Assembly: GCA_003614675.1 (NCBI GenBank)
Contig: ML002283.1
Coordinates: 1 to 47,960 of the forward strand
Source: Dimargaris cristalligena
Taxonomy: Eukaryota
Direction: 5' to 3'
Length of the DNA stretch: 47,960 bases
The notes under the pieces: generated by a model
The model's database searches: none
Told to the model about the DNA's origin: nothing
What the model saw: only the letters and a program-made list of their open reading frames with translations
In this document: positions 26,005-38,166 of the stretch, in pieces
How positions within the stretch are numbered: position 1 is the stretch's first letter
Layout of the letters: each line of letters opens with the position of its first letter
Made by a program: the position numbers and the translations under genes

Positions 26005-26370
26005 ATGAAGTTCACTTACCTTTTCTCTGCGGTTCTTTTGGTAGTGACCATTGCCACTTCGGCTCCCCCGGTTTCCTCCGCAGCTGCCCCCATCAATACC
26101 GAACTTCCCGTTCCATCGGCCCCACATTCTACCACACTCCCAGCCACCAAGCCCGATATTCTAGCTCATCGTCGGCTCCCACTCTTTGCCCGTAAGGCCC
26201 CCTTGCCCCGCTTGTCGGTCTCGCAGCCTACTACGCAAAGACGCTCTAAACCACAGACCCGACTGACCCTCCAGAAGGTCCCTAATTTGACTAAACCCAT
26301 TTATATCATGGCCGTCTCTTTCAATAATCGGATCCAGATACCATCAAAAGAATTGCTCATTGTATTCTAA
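26005..26370 (+). CDS. Small secreted pre-pro-protein, paralog B (121 aa)
   Basis: Signal-peptide-like MKFTYLFSAVLLVVTIATSAP. 45 of the first 81 residues match paralog A without gaps (manual count). QRRS at residues 78-81. Confidence 0.8.
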   Translation: MKFTYLFSAVLLVVTIATSAPPVSSAAAPINTELPVPSAPHSTTLPATKPDILAHRRLPLFARKAPLPRLSVSQPTTQRRSKPQTRLTLQKVPNLTKPIYIMAVSFNNRIQIPSKELLIVF

Positions 26371-27150
26371 CCCTCCCCCTAATATGCTGGGCCTTGTCTA
26401 GTTCACGCCCAATTACCTACCCGCTGCTTCGCCAACTGACTGAAAGTTTCCCTTATGTATATCCCCCTTCATTGCACACTTCTAGAATTATACTACCTCA
26501 CAATATTGTTATGCCATTAATAAATCCCGGCTAAAAAACACATTTTAAGTAGTCTATTTTGTCGCTATTATCACCAACCAATTTCGCATGGATACAAACG
26601 TGTTGAATTGGCAGTCGTCTATTATTACGCAACATGGAATACCCATACAAGCACTCCATTCAGGGGAATACGATTATGTATAGGTATCAGAGCGTTAAAC
26701 CCCGTGTGCCCATATCACCTAGAGACAGGTGGCAGTCCAATGTGCAATAGCTTTTCCTCGTAACTCAACCATTGTAGCCGACTGTAAATAGGTTAAATAC
26801 CACACACCTGTCATATTTGGGATGAAAAGCTTTAGTTATAAAAATAACAAATCGTGAAAAAGAACATAATTCGGGATATGAGCGATTGGCTATTCAAATT
26901 ATTATACATAGGAAAAGACGGTGACTCGAAATCAAAGACTGTGGACCAATAGGCATGAAAAAAAAGGGGGGATTTGGTACAATTTAATAGCAAATGAAGC
27001 TCCGAAAAGGAATATCGAGAACTGGGGTGTAAACTTAATAATTTTATAGCCATCTGTTAAAAGCAAATATAAATATGTAAAGATTAAAATTATAGGTCAA
27101 CCAGGCCAATTAAGTAAGGGCGGAAGGAAAGTGAAAGTCTGGCGCATGTT

Positions 27151-30100
27151 TTAAAAGTCCGATTCATCGCCTTCATCAAAGTCAGCCTCACTGGCCGAGT
27201 GGTCCCCGGGCTTATCATCGTCACTGTCACTGATCTCCACGTACTTAGCGGGCTGGCGAGTGGCCCGTGCCGACCGAGCGGGTCTCCGCCGTGCGGGCAT
27301 GGGCGAATCATCCTGGGCAGAGGAGGTCGGCGAATCAATCACGGTGGGTTTCGCCTTGGCTCGACCGGCGGTCACCCGGGCGGCCTTGGCCGGGGACGCC
27401 TTGGGTGTATCACCTGGGGAGGCCCTGGCTTTTTTGGTAACACGCCTCTTAGCCTTGGGAGCGAGTGCATCCGATACCGACGAGGGCGAATTGTCCATTG
27501 AGACTACTGGAGCCACTTCCTTGCTGGCGCGCTTGGCGGGTGACACCCGTGGCGGAGGGGGTTTGGTTGCCAAGGAGGTCGAAATAGGGTTCGCGAAATC
27601 CTCATCGTCGCTATCAACCAGCTTGCGTTTACGCGATGCCAAGAGCTTGTTCATTCGGGCAGTCAGGGATAGTGACAGATCATCCTCATCTGAGTCATCT
27701 GAGTCATCGTCGTCAGCAACCACCTGGGGCTTCGCTTTGGGCTTGGCAACAAGAAATCCGTCCAACTTCTGATTGTCATCCATTTTGCCGGCAGTAGTAG
27801 CGGCGGCTTTACCCTTCCCTCGAGCTTTGGGAGCGGGCTTCGCCCCAGTGGAACTAGCGGGAGAGGCACCGCTCGCTGAAACATTGGCAAAGCTGACTCC
27901 GGGTTCGTCGGTGATTTCCGTCTTCACTTTAACGGCCGGTTTGTGGACAGCAGCGGTTTTGGCGGGCGCCAAATCGTTGGGCTCTACTCCGTCGTCATCA
28001 GCCACCTTGACCTTCACCGCTTTGGCCCGCGGTTTAGCCTTTGGCTTAGCCTTCTTCCCCGACGTACCTTGCTCGTGGTCCGCACGTGCCTGGATCGTCT
28101 CCTGTTCCAATCGATCATGGTATTCGAGTTTCTGCTGCCACGCCTCCAGGAAGACATCCAGGTCCACATTCCAGAGCTCAATCGGGGACGTTTTGAGCAA
28201 GATATCGATTTCGGCCTGCTTACTGTCCCGGTTCTTGACCATTTCCTCCACCTTCTCGCGCGTCAAATTCCAAATCGGCATGGTAAGCAGATAGTCGTAG
28301 CCCTGGGCCGTTACAGCGGCAGGGGTTAAGGTCGTGGACTCGTCGTCCCCGTCTTTACCGTTTTCGTCGTTGGCGTCGATGCCGGGCTTCGACTGGAGAC
28401 TGGCACTGGTTCCCTTGTTGATTTTTGCCAACGGGGTGTACTTACGGGCTTGCAACTCGGCGACCAGGTCGGCCTTTTTACGGTTCTGGACAACGAGTTT
28501 ATTCTCGATGATTTCTAGAATGAACCGCACGCGGTTGTCCAGGCGAACATAGTCTTGAGTCAGCTGGTCAATCATCCATTCCTTTCGCTTCTGATAGAAC
28601 TGTAGGCGGAGATCGTAGAACTCGTGGATGATCTCTTCGGGAGCTTCGTACTTTTTAATGCGGTGGTTGCGATCGAAACAGATCATATTGGTCGTAGCAA
28701 TGCGAGTAATCAGGCGGAATTTAGTTTCGAGACCCTCGGCCAAGGCGTTGGCCATTTCCTCGGGGGTCAGGGTAATGACGAACCGAACGGTGTACACCCC
28801 ACTATAGTTGACATAGTCCTTAATAAAGGGCGTGACCTTATCCGTACCAACGCACCACGATTCGATCAACTGCTTGTAACTTTCGTTCCAAACCTTGATG
28901 GGCAGCTCGGTGATTTCTAAGGTGGTATCGTCGATCTGGTTGATAATTCCCGTGCATGAGTACCGGCCCGGGCCATCAGGACGAATAGTTCCCTGTAGTA
29001 AGCATAATTTAAGGATAGGGGAATATGTATGAAGTTAGTACAACATGCAATGCAGCCCTAGAAATTTGGCATTAAGTCAGGATTATAGGAAAATGGGACT
29101 AGGGAACTTTAGGGCGCTGGCCAAGTGCCATTACGCCAGCCATCGCTGTTCTTAGGATATACATATTAGCCGGACACTTACCCTGTAGCCACGGTACCAA
29201 GGTACCATTGGGACCATCTCCTGGCCATTCATGATACGGCGGATATTATTGACAATGTCGACCGGGTTGTAGCTAGGAATGTTGGTACTCCACCCGGTAC
29301 CAATACCGGTTGCATTATTCATGAGCACAAGGGGCACAATGGGAACGTAGCACTCTGGCTCGATCAAATCGTTATCTTCCTTGAGGTAAGTAAGCAGGTG
29401 ATCATCCTGTGGGCAGTATATTTTGCGGGTGATGGGCAACAAGAGAGTGTTCAAGTAACGGGGGCTGGCCGAATCATCGCCCCCTGAGAAGCGGGTACCG
29501 AATTGACCGTTGGGGGACAGGATATTGAGATTATTGCTCCCAACGAAGTCTTGGGCCATGTTGACAATGGTGCCACTCAAACTGTCCTCACCGTGGTGGT
29601 AATGTGTATCCGACGCAACCTGGGCCGCCAACTGGGACACGCGCACTTCCTTCTTAATATTGCGTTTGATGCAAGAGAAGAGTACTTTGCGCTGGCCAGG
29701 TTTGAAACCATCGACCATGGATGGAATCGACCGAATGTTATCCGCCATGCTGAACAAGATCAACTCTCGGTTAATAAAGTCGGATATGCGAATGGTGGCC
29801 TGATTGTGGTCTAGGTAGGTACCTTGCTGGAACTGGCGAAGCCATTCCTTGCGCTCGTCCGCCCGACTGGAATTGAACACCATGTCCAAAAGCTTGCGAT
29901 CCTCAGATTCGCAGCCGGAAAACTGCTTACGGTGGGTATCTAGCGCCGCAAAATACCGTTTAGCGTCCTGGGCATCACTGGTACCCAGTCCCTATAGAAA
30001 CGGACCGAGGATGGCCATAAACCAAGGTATACACATAGCGTATAAAAAATAGGCAGATAATTAATATACATATCCGAAAAAGGAACTTACTGGATATTTT

Positions 30101-32811
30101 AAGTACCACTCATGGCGAGACTAATGGTGTTAAAAGCAAGAAATCATCCAGTAATATTTATGAAAACGAATAGCCAACGGCGGTTGAGGACCACGGGCTA
30201 ACCAAAGTCCGCCGTGCTGCATTAGTTCAATATGGGACTCGCTAAACTTACTTTGAAGTACTTGGAAGTCCAAGAACGGATGCTGTCGCCCTGTTCTTCG
30301 ACCCACTTTTCGTATTCGGGCAAAGTGTAGAAGATCTTGCGGTCCTTACCTCTCGTAGCCTAGTTTATCGCAGGCCCAGGAAATTGATACATGGCAGACC
30401 CGGTGTAATTGGTTAATTAATCGAGGCAATGGGTAGATTGAGGGCATGGCGGCGTAGAACCTATTAAATCTCAAGGAGTGACTGATAATGACCAATTTGG
30501 GAATTAGCACAATACTTACTCGGACAATGGGCGTAATAAACTCGAGCAAAAAGCCGGGTTTCTTCAGCAATTCGGGATAGAAATGATCGAAAAAGTTGAT
30601 AATCAACCCCTTAATATGCGAGCCGTCGTGATCCTATATCGATTGAATGGTGCAATTGTTAAAAGCGAGTAAAAAGGGTTGAGTAAGTCATATAAATAAA
30701 TGGTAAGAGAGCCGGATAAGAGATTGCATTTTACGCAGGAAACCGGGTCCATGGGAAATCGAGCACCCCTCTATCATCAGTCTTAATGTTTAAAAGTTCC
30801 CAAAAAGCCTACCTGATCGGTCATGATCATAATGTGACCGTACCGCAGTTTGGAGATGTCATTGGTCTGGCCGTGCTTTAGTCCCAGAATCCGCTTAATG
30901 TTATTCAACTCCTTGTTTCCCAGGAGCTGGTTATGAGTCGCACCGCGCACATTCAGCATTTTACCACGCAACGGAAAGACACCAAAGTATTTCTTGCCCA
31001 CCACTTCAAATCCGCACAGGGCCAAAGAGCGGGCGGAGTCACCTTCGGTAAGCACCAACGTGCACTTACCGGCCTCTCTAGTCCCTGCACAGGTCGCGTC
31101 TTCGAGCTTCTCAATACCCATGAGGCGCTGGGTTCGGCCACCATCGGACTTCTTCAGTTCCCGTTCGAGTTTGAGTTGAGCGGAGGCCGTAGAATTCAGA
31201 ACGATTTCGGACTTCAGGATCCACTTGAAGAATCTTTCGCTGGGTTCGCACTTGGATCCAAATGCGGATTGGCGGAGGGTCAAGGTTTCCTTGGTCTGGG
31301 AATCAAAGGTCGGGTTCTCGATCAAACAGTTGACAAAGATCCACATGTGGTTTTTGACCACGCCGGGCGTAATAGTGGACTTCACCTTCTTCTTGACGGC
31401 TTCCACAAGGCGAGCCGCGATCTGATCGGCTATATGGCTAACGTGGGTACCGCCTTTGGTGGTACAAATGCTGTTAACGAAGCTGACTTGCTGAAACTGG
31501 CCGTCGCTCACAGCAAAAGCGATCTCCCAGCGAGGGCTGGGGGTTTCGTAAATATATACCGGTTTCGGAATGGCCTCGATATCGGGGTCTGCAGGGGTCT
31601 CGCCGTCAGCGCCCTCGTTCATTAATGATAAGGGTTTCTGTTTCGCGGCCAGGGCCCGACGCGCAATTGCGGGAGCGTTCAGATACATTTCCACGTACTG
31701 TTTGAACCCCCTGATCTTGATGCGCTCACCATTAAGGAATACCTTGACCTCTTGCAGCGTACCGGCAATATCGTAGACCCGCTTGGTCATGAGGGAAACG
31801 ATATCATCATCGAGGGTTTCCATATGGAACTTGGCTAGATCAGGGCGGAATGTGATTTTGGTGTACTCCTCCTTTTTGGAGTTGTTGCTAACCACCGGCG
31901 CCGACCGATTGGACATGTTGTCGCGGAAAACCTGCTTGAACTTGCGGCCGGATACCTTGTCGGCGGTTTCGACGATAAACTCTTTGCTGAAAATATTGCA
32001 CAGCTTAGCACCGTACCCGTTACGACCACCCGTCACCTTCTTTTGACTGTCATCATAGTTGGAACTGGTCAATAGGTGACCGAAAATCAATTCAGGGACG
32101 TATATTTTTTCATTCTTGTGAATTTCGATGGGGATACCCTTGCCGTTGTTCATGACGGAAACGAAGCAGTTTTCCTGGTCGATGACCACTTTGATGGTAT
32201 CCATGGTCTTGTCTCGGATCTACCGTGGGCCAAGGATTCAGCGGGTAGAGGGACACCCCAAAAGGACGGTTAGCACTGATATGAAGAGGAAGGAATAGAT
32301 CTCCTCCCCGGCTGCAAAACGCATAAATATTGCAGTCAAGCAGCCAAAAATAAGTGGGGGGATTCCCATATCTGGCTTAGCTTAGTGGGGAGCTGGGTGT
32401 ATTAGGACGTACCTTGTTATCGGCGGCATTGACTAGAATCTCATCGAATATTTTGTATAAACCAGGGGTGATTTTCACCTTGCGATACTGTAGGGCCGTT
32501 AATTTGGTGTCGTAAACCCAATAGGATTGGGTATTGGGTTCGACCGACCCAATGTAAGTGTCCGGCCGCAGTAGAATGTGTTCGAGCTGGGATTTCTTCT
32601 GGTAGGTTTCCTCGATGGTCTTGCTGGCAATTTCCTCAACATCGGCGCCCCACACGGGGGCTGGCTTGTCGTCCTCCTCGCCATAGTCAGACGCGTCGCT
32701 ATCATCCAGGGCTGAGTCAACGGAAACGGGGGGCGCCGCCTTTTTGGTTCGCGGGGCGGTTTTCTTGGGGGCGGCCGGCTTCTTGGGAACCGAGGCCTTT
32801 TTGACCACCAT
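27151..32811 (-). CDS. TOP2: DNA topoisomerase II (type IIA), ~1559 aa; exons 32811-32413, 32219-30813, 30633-30520, 30359-30252, 29991-29182, 28992-27151
   Basis: EHILLRPDTYIG, EILVNAADN, GGRNGYGAK (GHKL ATPase); EGDSA, PLRGK, MTDQDHDGSHI, KYFKGLGTS (TOPRIM); DGFKPGQRK, YHHGE, catalytic SASPRY; K/D-rich C-terminal tail. Five GT-AG introns join in frame. Confidence 0.98.
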
Positions 32812-34213
32812 GGCAGCGGGGGCTTTTCTTTAGAAAAAATAGAATAATAAAGAGGCTTTAATGCGAAAGTGGTTGAGAAATAGGGGGACGGAGTAGAATA
32901 GTACAGTACGGATAGAGGTGGAATAAACGAGCTGAAGTAGTTAGCTGGGGTGAATGGCAAAGTATCGGGATAGAAAGGAAAACAGCTGGGTTGAGGAAAA
33001 TGAAGGGGAGGGGGATACTAGAGTGGAAGGGGAGAGGGGGGCACAACAAGAAATGTTGCTGGATTCGCCTCCCATTCATGCGCATTTTATTCCTTGAGCT
33101 CAATATTGGCTAGCGAAACAATGGCGGGCCCGTACTACTGGGAAACGAAAACAATCCTCACTCTTTAATGAATGAATGAGAATACATGCGCATATGGTGT
33201 GGCTATTTACATTCCATAGTCCGTGGGATGTGTTTTCAAACTATATGCTGTAATTTTGGCCCCACTGTCTATAGCCCATTCATTAGCTGATCAGTAATAG
33301 ACCCTTTAAACTTTATGAAATTGGGGCTAACCGTAGCAAGCAATTATTTAATAGACTAATCCGCTAATGGCCAAGGTGAATCAGTAGTGCTGGTTAATTA
33401 ATCAGGTTCGGTGGAAAATGTAGTGGCTGAGGTTGAAAAGAGAAGTGCGATGGCGGCGGTATTATTAGCTACCGACACCCACGGGTGTTATCTGTTCCAT
33501 AAGTCGCGAACGAATGAGATCATACTAAAAAGTTGACGGGGAGAATAAAGCAGCATGACCCAATAACCTAAGTGTATTAAATGTATGAATTAGAAATAGT
33601 AAGAAAACCAACGCAATGATAGAAGGTTAAAGGGGCAATTTAGCCACAAGTAGATATGGTAGTGAGTGATCTAATTATAGACATTGTTGATATTGTAGAT
33701 AGTATCCCCCTCTCCGTGAAATGGTTCATCATTGCTATCGATGCTCGATTTAACCCTATAATTATTATACACAAAGCCCCGCTAGCACTAGCATTGGCCG
33801 GCGTCATATATCCGGCATTCGCTGCTGAGTAGACATTATAATATATAATAGAACCCCCTGAAAGATGTGTTCCCTCATTTTTACCTGATCTGGACAACTT
33901 AGCCATTCTACCAAAGGAGCCAGCCCTAACAGACCCTTCTAAAGGCAGCCATTCCAAGATGCCTAGATGTTTGCTACAATGAAAGGTATATTAATCCAAT
34001 GTATTGTATTGGCCCTTCCGTATTTGCTCCCCAACCTGTAAGTGCCACTTAACCAACCCACTCACTGAGTGTCCTCCCCGGGTTCTTTACTCATAAACTT
34101 TTCACTGGGCCTTTCTTTAGGTCCATGCTGCTCATTGACCACCTCCGTTAAAGTACTTGTTTCTATTTATTTTTTTACCCCCTTTATTTTGGTCTGCCCC
34201 TCCATTCCTGACC

Positions 34214-36043
34214 ATGGACCGGGCTTCTGTATTCGGACTAACCGGCTACCATTTTGACCCGAGCCATGTTGACGCCCTCCAAGAGCGGGTCGAGAACCTG
34301 CGCTCCCTGGTCACCGAGTACGCCTGGCTAACCGAAATGCACATTGTCGACTTCTTCGTCGAGGACCATTGGCAACGTTTACCCCAAGTTTGGCGGGAGG
34401 AGTTCGATGGACGCTGGTACGGGACCGACGACTCCCTCGATGATCTAGTAAGACTGGCCGCCCTCGGGGAAATATGGCCAGGCGCTTCCCCGAGCCTCCG
34501 GGCCTTCTCCGGGACTTGCCAAGCCCTGGCCCTGGACCGTTCAGCCCAAATAGTCCCGCAAACAGTGAACAAGCCACCCGACCCTAGGACAGCGGGGGAA
34601 AGTCAGGAGACACCCCGACCGACCGCCCACTGGGCGCCCCCTATTGACGAACGCGTGGTACTCGGCATGAATCCCAAAAAAGTAGTGGAAGTAGAGCACC
34701 TAGCCTACTTTATTTCGCAACTGGCCCGTCGCGAAGAGGTTGGACTCATCGCCGATTTGGGAGCGGGCCAGGGGTACCTGAGCCGCACCCTGGTTTACCA
34801 ATACGACCACCCCGTATTGGCCATTGATTCTAACCAGATTCAGACCTGTGGCGCCGAACGGCAATTGCAGCGGACCGAGAAATTTGTAAATAAGACCAAA
34901 AAACCTCTATCGGCATCCGGCGATCAAATCAGCCCAGGCGACGCCCCGACTAACTCGCCCGCGCCGGTCGCTGCCAACGGGGCCTCCTTTACCTTAACGG
35001 GTCGCCCGGCCTACTTAAAGCATATCACTTGCTACATCGATACCGACAATCTGACCCAGGTGGCCGGTTTTGTCCAAGAGGCCCAGCGGACTTTAACAAC
35101 GCCTCCCTACATGCACCCCATGGCCCTGCAGCAGCCATGGCTTGTGTGTGGCCTCCATGCCTGTGGCAACTTGAGCAACGTCATGCTGAAATGGTTCGTA
35201 AAATCAACCGCCAAATGTGTCGTTAACGTGGGCTGCTGCTACAATATGATGGGTTTAACCGAAGGTAAGAACCCCCGCCGCTGTTGAGCAGGATTGCTGT
35301 AACTTTCGCCCATCCCACCGCAATAGACGAAACTTCTTCAGCTTTTAATACTGACTAATTATCTCCATCGCTTAACCACTGTACTTGTATTTATTCTATC
35401 ATATTTAGGCACCATTAGCTACTGCCCATTCTTTCCGATTAGCCAGGAGCTCACCCATAAAGGGGCCACACTTAGCGTCAATGCGCTCAAGCTCGCTTGC
35501 CAGGCCCCCACCCGCTGGGCCGATCAAACCACCACGGCCATCGGTAATTTCGAACGCCACTATTTCCGCGCCCTTTTACACTACGCCATGGTCGACCGGG
35601 GACTCGTTCAACCTAACGACCCCTTTCCCGTTGTGGGTCGGTTATCCAAAACCGCGTTTGCCAATTTCTCCACATATGCCCAGCGTGCCTTACGTCGACT
35701 GGGCCATCCCATCCCCAATGAGCCTGAACGGGGTAGTCCAACTGAAAGTACCCCCACTGCTACCGGTGCCGCACTACCAGAAGCACATCATGGACCTGCT
35801 CAGCTATCCAATTCTCCGTTGAAGGTGGGTGATTTGGCCTACTATGATACTAAACTCCGACCCCAGGCCGCCCGCATGGCGATTGTGTGGACCCTCAAAG
35901 CATTACTAAGTCCTTGCATCGAGAGTCTTATCATCCTTGATCGTTGCCTTTACCTGGTGGAGCAGGGCTGTCAAGTAGATTTAGTGCCGTTGGTGGACCC
36001 TAATGTGAGTCCTCGTAACATAGTTATTATGGCCACTAAATAA
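34214..36043 (+). CDS. METTL25: METTL25-like SAM-dependent methyltransferase (~561 aa); exons 34214-35264, 35409-36043
   Basis: HIVDFF, MNPKKVVEV, DLGAGQGYLS (motif I), GLHACGNLS, VGCCYN, FPIS, ACQA, ESLIILDRCLYL, SPRN. Phase-1 intron GTAAGA...TTTAG restores the frame. Confidence 0.88.
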
Positions 36044-36680
36044 ATACTTTTGGCTAATTAGTCGGATAAGCAACAGATGGGCTTAGATGTCTGGGTTTGT
36101 TTGTCCAAACATAAACGAGAAATGAACGCACCATATGGGCTGGAGAGGTCTTCAGAAATACCTGATACAATCATGGAAATAATATCGGTAGCCGATTTAG
36201 CTATATTGCTGGCTGGTTTGCCATCCAAATAGTTTCCTTCAGAATAAAGTATGCTTTGCGTTAGTTTATTAATGTGAAGGAATATTTGCAAACTCTTATA
36301 TCTTTCTTTTGATAATACACCTGAACTATACTCGCCTGGTTTATTCGGCAGTTGCCCCCGATACTCAATGGGCGCACTGTCCAATCGATATCTTCTATCC
36401 AAGTTCCACAAAATAGGGGGGATCAAACACGCAGAATGAAAAATGCCCCCAACTGATGAGCAATGCTGCAGGCCTCAACCAGGCGGAGGACCAGCCTTAA
36501 AATTAGTCGGCTGTTCTAATTCCCCTGCCTCCAGTAACATCAGTCCTCAGATATGCCTTTCGTCCACTACTGCCCGGGACTGGACTTTTTTTAATTTTGG
36601 TCAGATACTTTTTTCCTATCCTCCATTTTCTTACTCTCTGCAACATACTTTGCACCCTTTCTACCCTGTCATTCTTTTCG

Positions 36681-36701
36681 TATATATATATATATATATA
36701 T
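36681..36701. repeat. (TA)n microsatellite just upstream of the THUMP gene
   Basis: tatatatatatatatatatat. Confidence 0.85.
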
Positions 36702-36765
36702 TTAGCTCCTTTGGAATATTATTATTTTGAAAAATATAGTTATTTTTAACCCTCTCAGACTAAAA

Positions 36766-37785
36766 ATGAAACGTCCCGGGCAATCCACCACCGACAGCCA
36801 TGCCAAAGTTGAGCGCAAGAAGCGGCAGCGCAAGTACATTATTGCCAAAGAACGTAAACAGTATCAGTCCCATACCACCGCCGCCGCCGGTGGCCAAGCC
36901 ACTCCCCGCGATGAACCCACCCCCAAGGGCCGCATGGTCGGTTTCGGCCTTGAACCCAACCAGGCCGGTATTATGATTACCTGTATGCGGACCAAGGAAG
37001 GCCGCTGTGTCCAAGAAATGCGGACCCTCCTAACCGAATACGTGGAAAAACTGATGCCCCACCTTGTCCAGGAGGATGAAAAGGCAAAGGCTGCCGCAGC
37101 GGTGGAGAAAGAGAAGGAGGGCAAGTCTACTGCCGCCGCCCCTCCCAAGGCCGAGTCACTGGAAGATCAGATCGCCCGCGAATTGGCCGAACTCAAACGT
37201 CCCCAAGTCAACCCCTGGTTCACTTCGCTCAACACCGGTACCGAATGCGTTATTTTCTTCCGCACCTCACCCCGGGTCGATCCTGTCGCTTTGGTGAGTG
37301 GGCTCATGGCGGATTTGGCCGTCTCGCAACGCAAAGTCACCCGGTTCGCTAATCGGATTATTCCCGTGAGTCGTACGTGTGTGGCCCATATGCCCGATAT
37401 CACCAAAATGGCCCGAACCCTACTAGACCCCATTTTTAACGCGTCCGTTCCCAATGGTGACGTTCCTGCCTCGGGCGCCGACGCCGAAACCACCCCCGTT
37501 GCCGCCGCCAGCACCGATTTTGCTATTGTCCCCAAAATCCGGAATAACCAAAAGGTCGAACGAATGGCCCTCATCGAAAACATCGCCGAAATCGTGGGCC
37601 CCAACCATGTCGTCAACCTCGAAAATCCGCGGTACGTTATCCTCGTCGAAGTCCTCAAGAGTATCTGTATGATTTCCGTGGTGGAGAACTACTACCTGTA
37701 TAGGAAATTTAACCTATTCAGCCTTACCGAAGACACTCCGACTAAATCATCCACCCCAGCCAAAGAATCATCCGTCGCTGAATAG
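36766..37785 (+). CDS. TAN1: THUMP-domain tRNA ac4C adaptor (Tan1/THUMPD1-like), 339 aa
   Basis: GIMITC...KEGRCVQE, SLEDQIARELAELK, TGTECVIFF, TRFANRIIP, HVVNLENP..VILVEVLKSICMISVV..Y....KFNL. First ATG at 36766. Confidence 0.88.
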   Translation: MKRPGQSTTDSHAKVERKKRQRKYIIAKERKQYQSHTTAAAGGQATPRDEPTPKGRMVGFGLEPNQAGIMITCMRTKEGRCVQEMRTLLTEYVEKLMPHLVQEDEKAKAAAAVEKEKEGKSTAAAPPKAESLEDQIARELAELKRPQVNPWFTSLNTGTECVIFFRTSPRVDPVALVSGLMADLAVSQRKVTRFANRIIPVSRTCVAHMPDITKMARTLLDPIFNASVPNGDVPASGADAETTPVAAASTDFAIVPKIRNNQKVERMALIENIAEIVGPNHVVNLENPRYVILVEVLKSICMISVVENYYLYRKFNLFSLTEDTPTKSSTPAKESSVAE

Positions 37786-38166
37786 GAGTAGGCCCCGCCC
37801 CTCTCTCTCTCTCTCTCCCTCTTCACCCCGCCATCTGGCTGTACGTCAATGGAAACTCCAGTTCCCCCTCGTTTACAAACATACCCCAACCCGACCTTTC
37901 CTTGTATCTCCTGGATGATGGTTTAGGCCTGATCCCAAAACTATGACTTCATGCTCTTGTATATGTATATATCAACTGGCGCTTATACAGTCTATCTTGC
38001 GGCTGTTTAGGTTGGATTAGGCTATAGTAGTGCGATTAGGCGTGTTTTTCTTTTTTAAAAAATAATATATATCTTCAGAAACATAATACTTCTCATAAAA
38101 TAGATATTACAATGGATCAGCTAATGGCAGATCATACCCCTACATCAAGCGATACGAATAATACAG

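Noticed and set aside
27199-32273. Antisense ORFs of up to 230 aa over TOP2 (also over the synthetase and pol eta)
   Set aside because: Shadow ORFs expected from GC-rich codon bias
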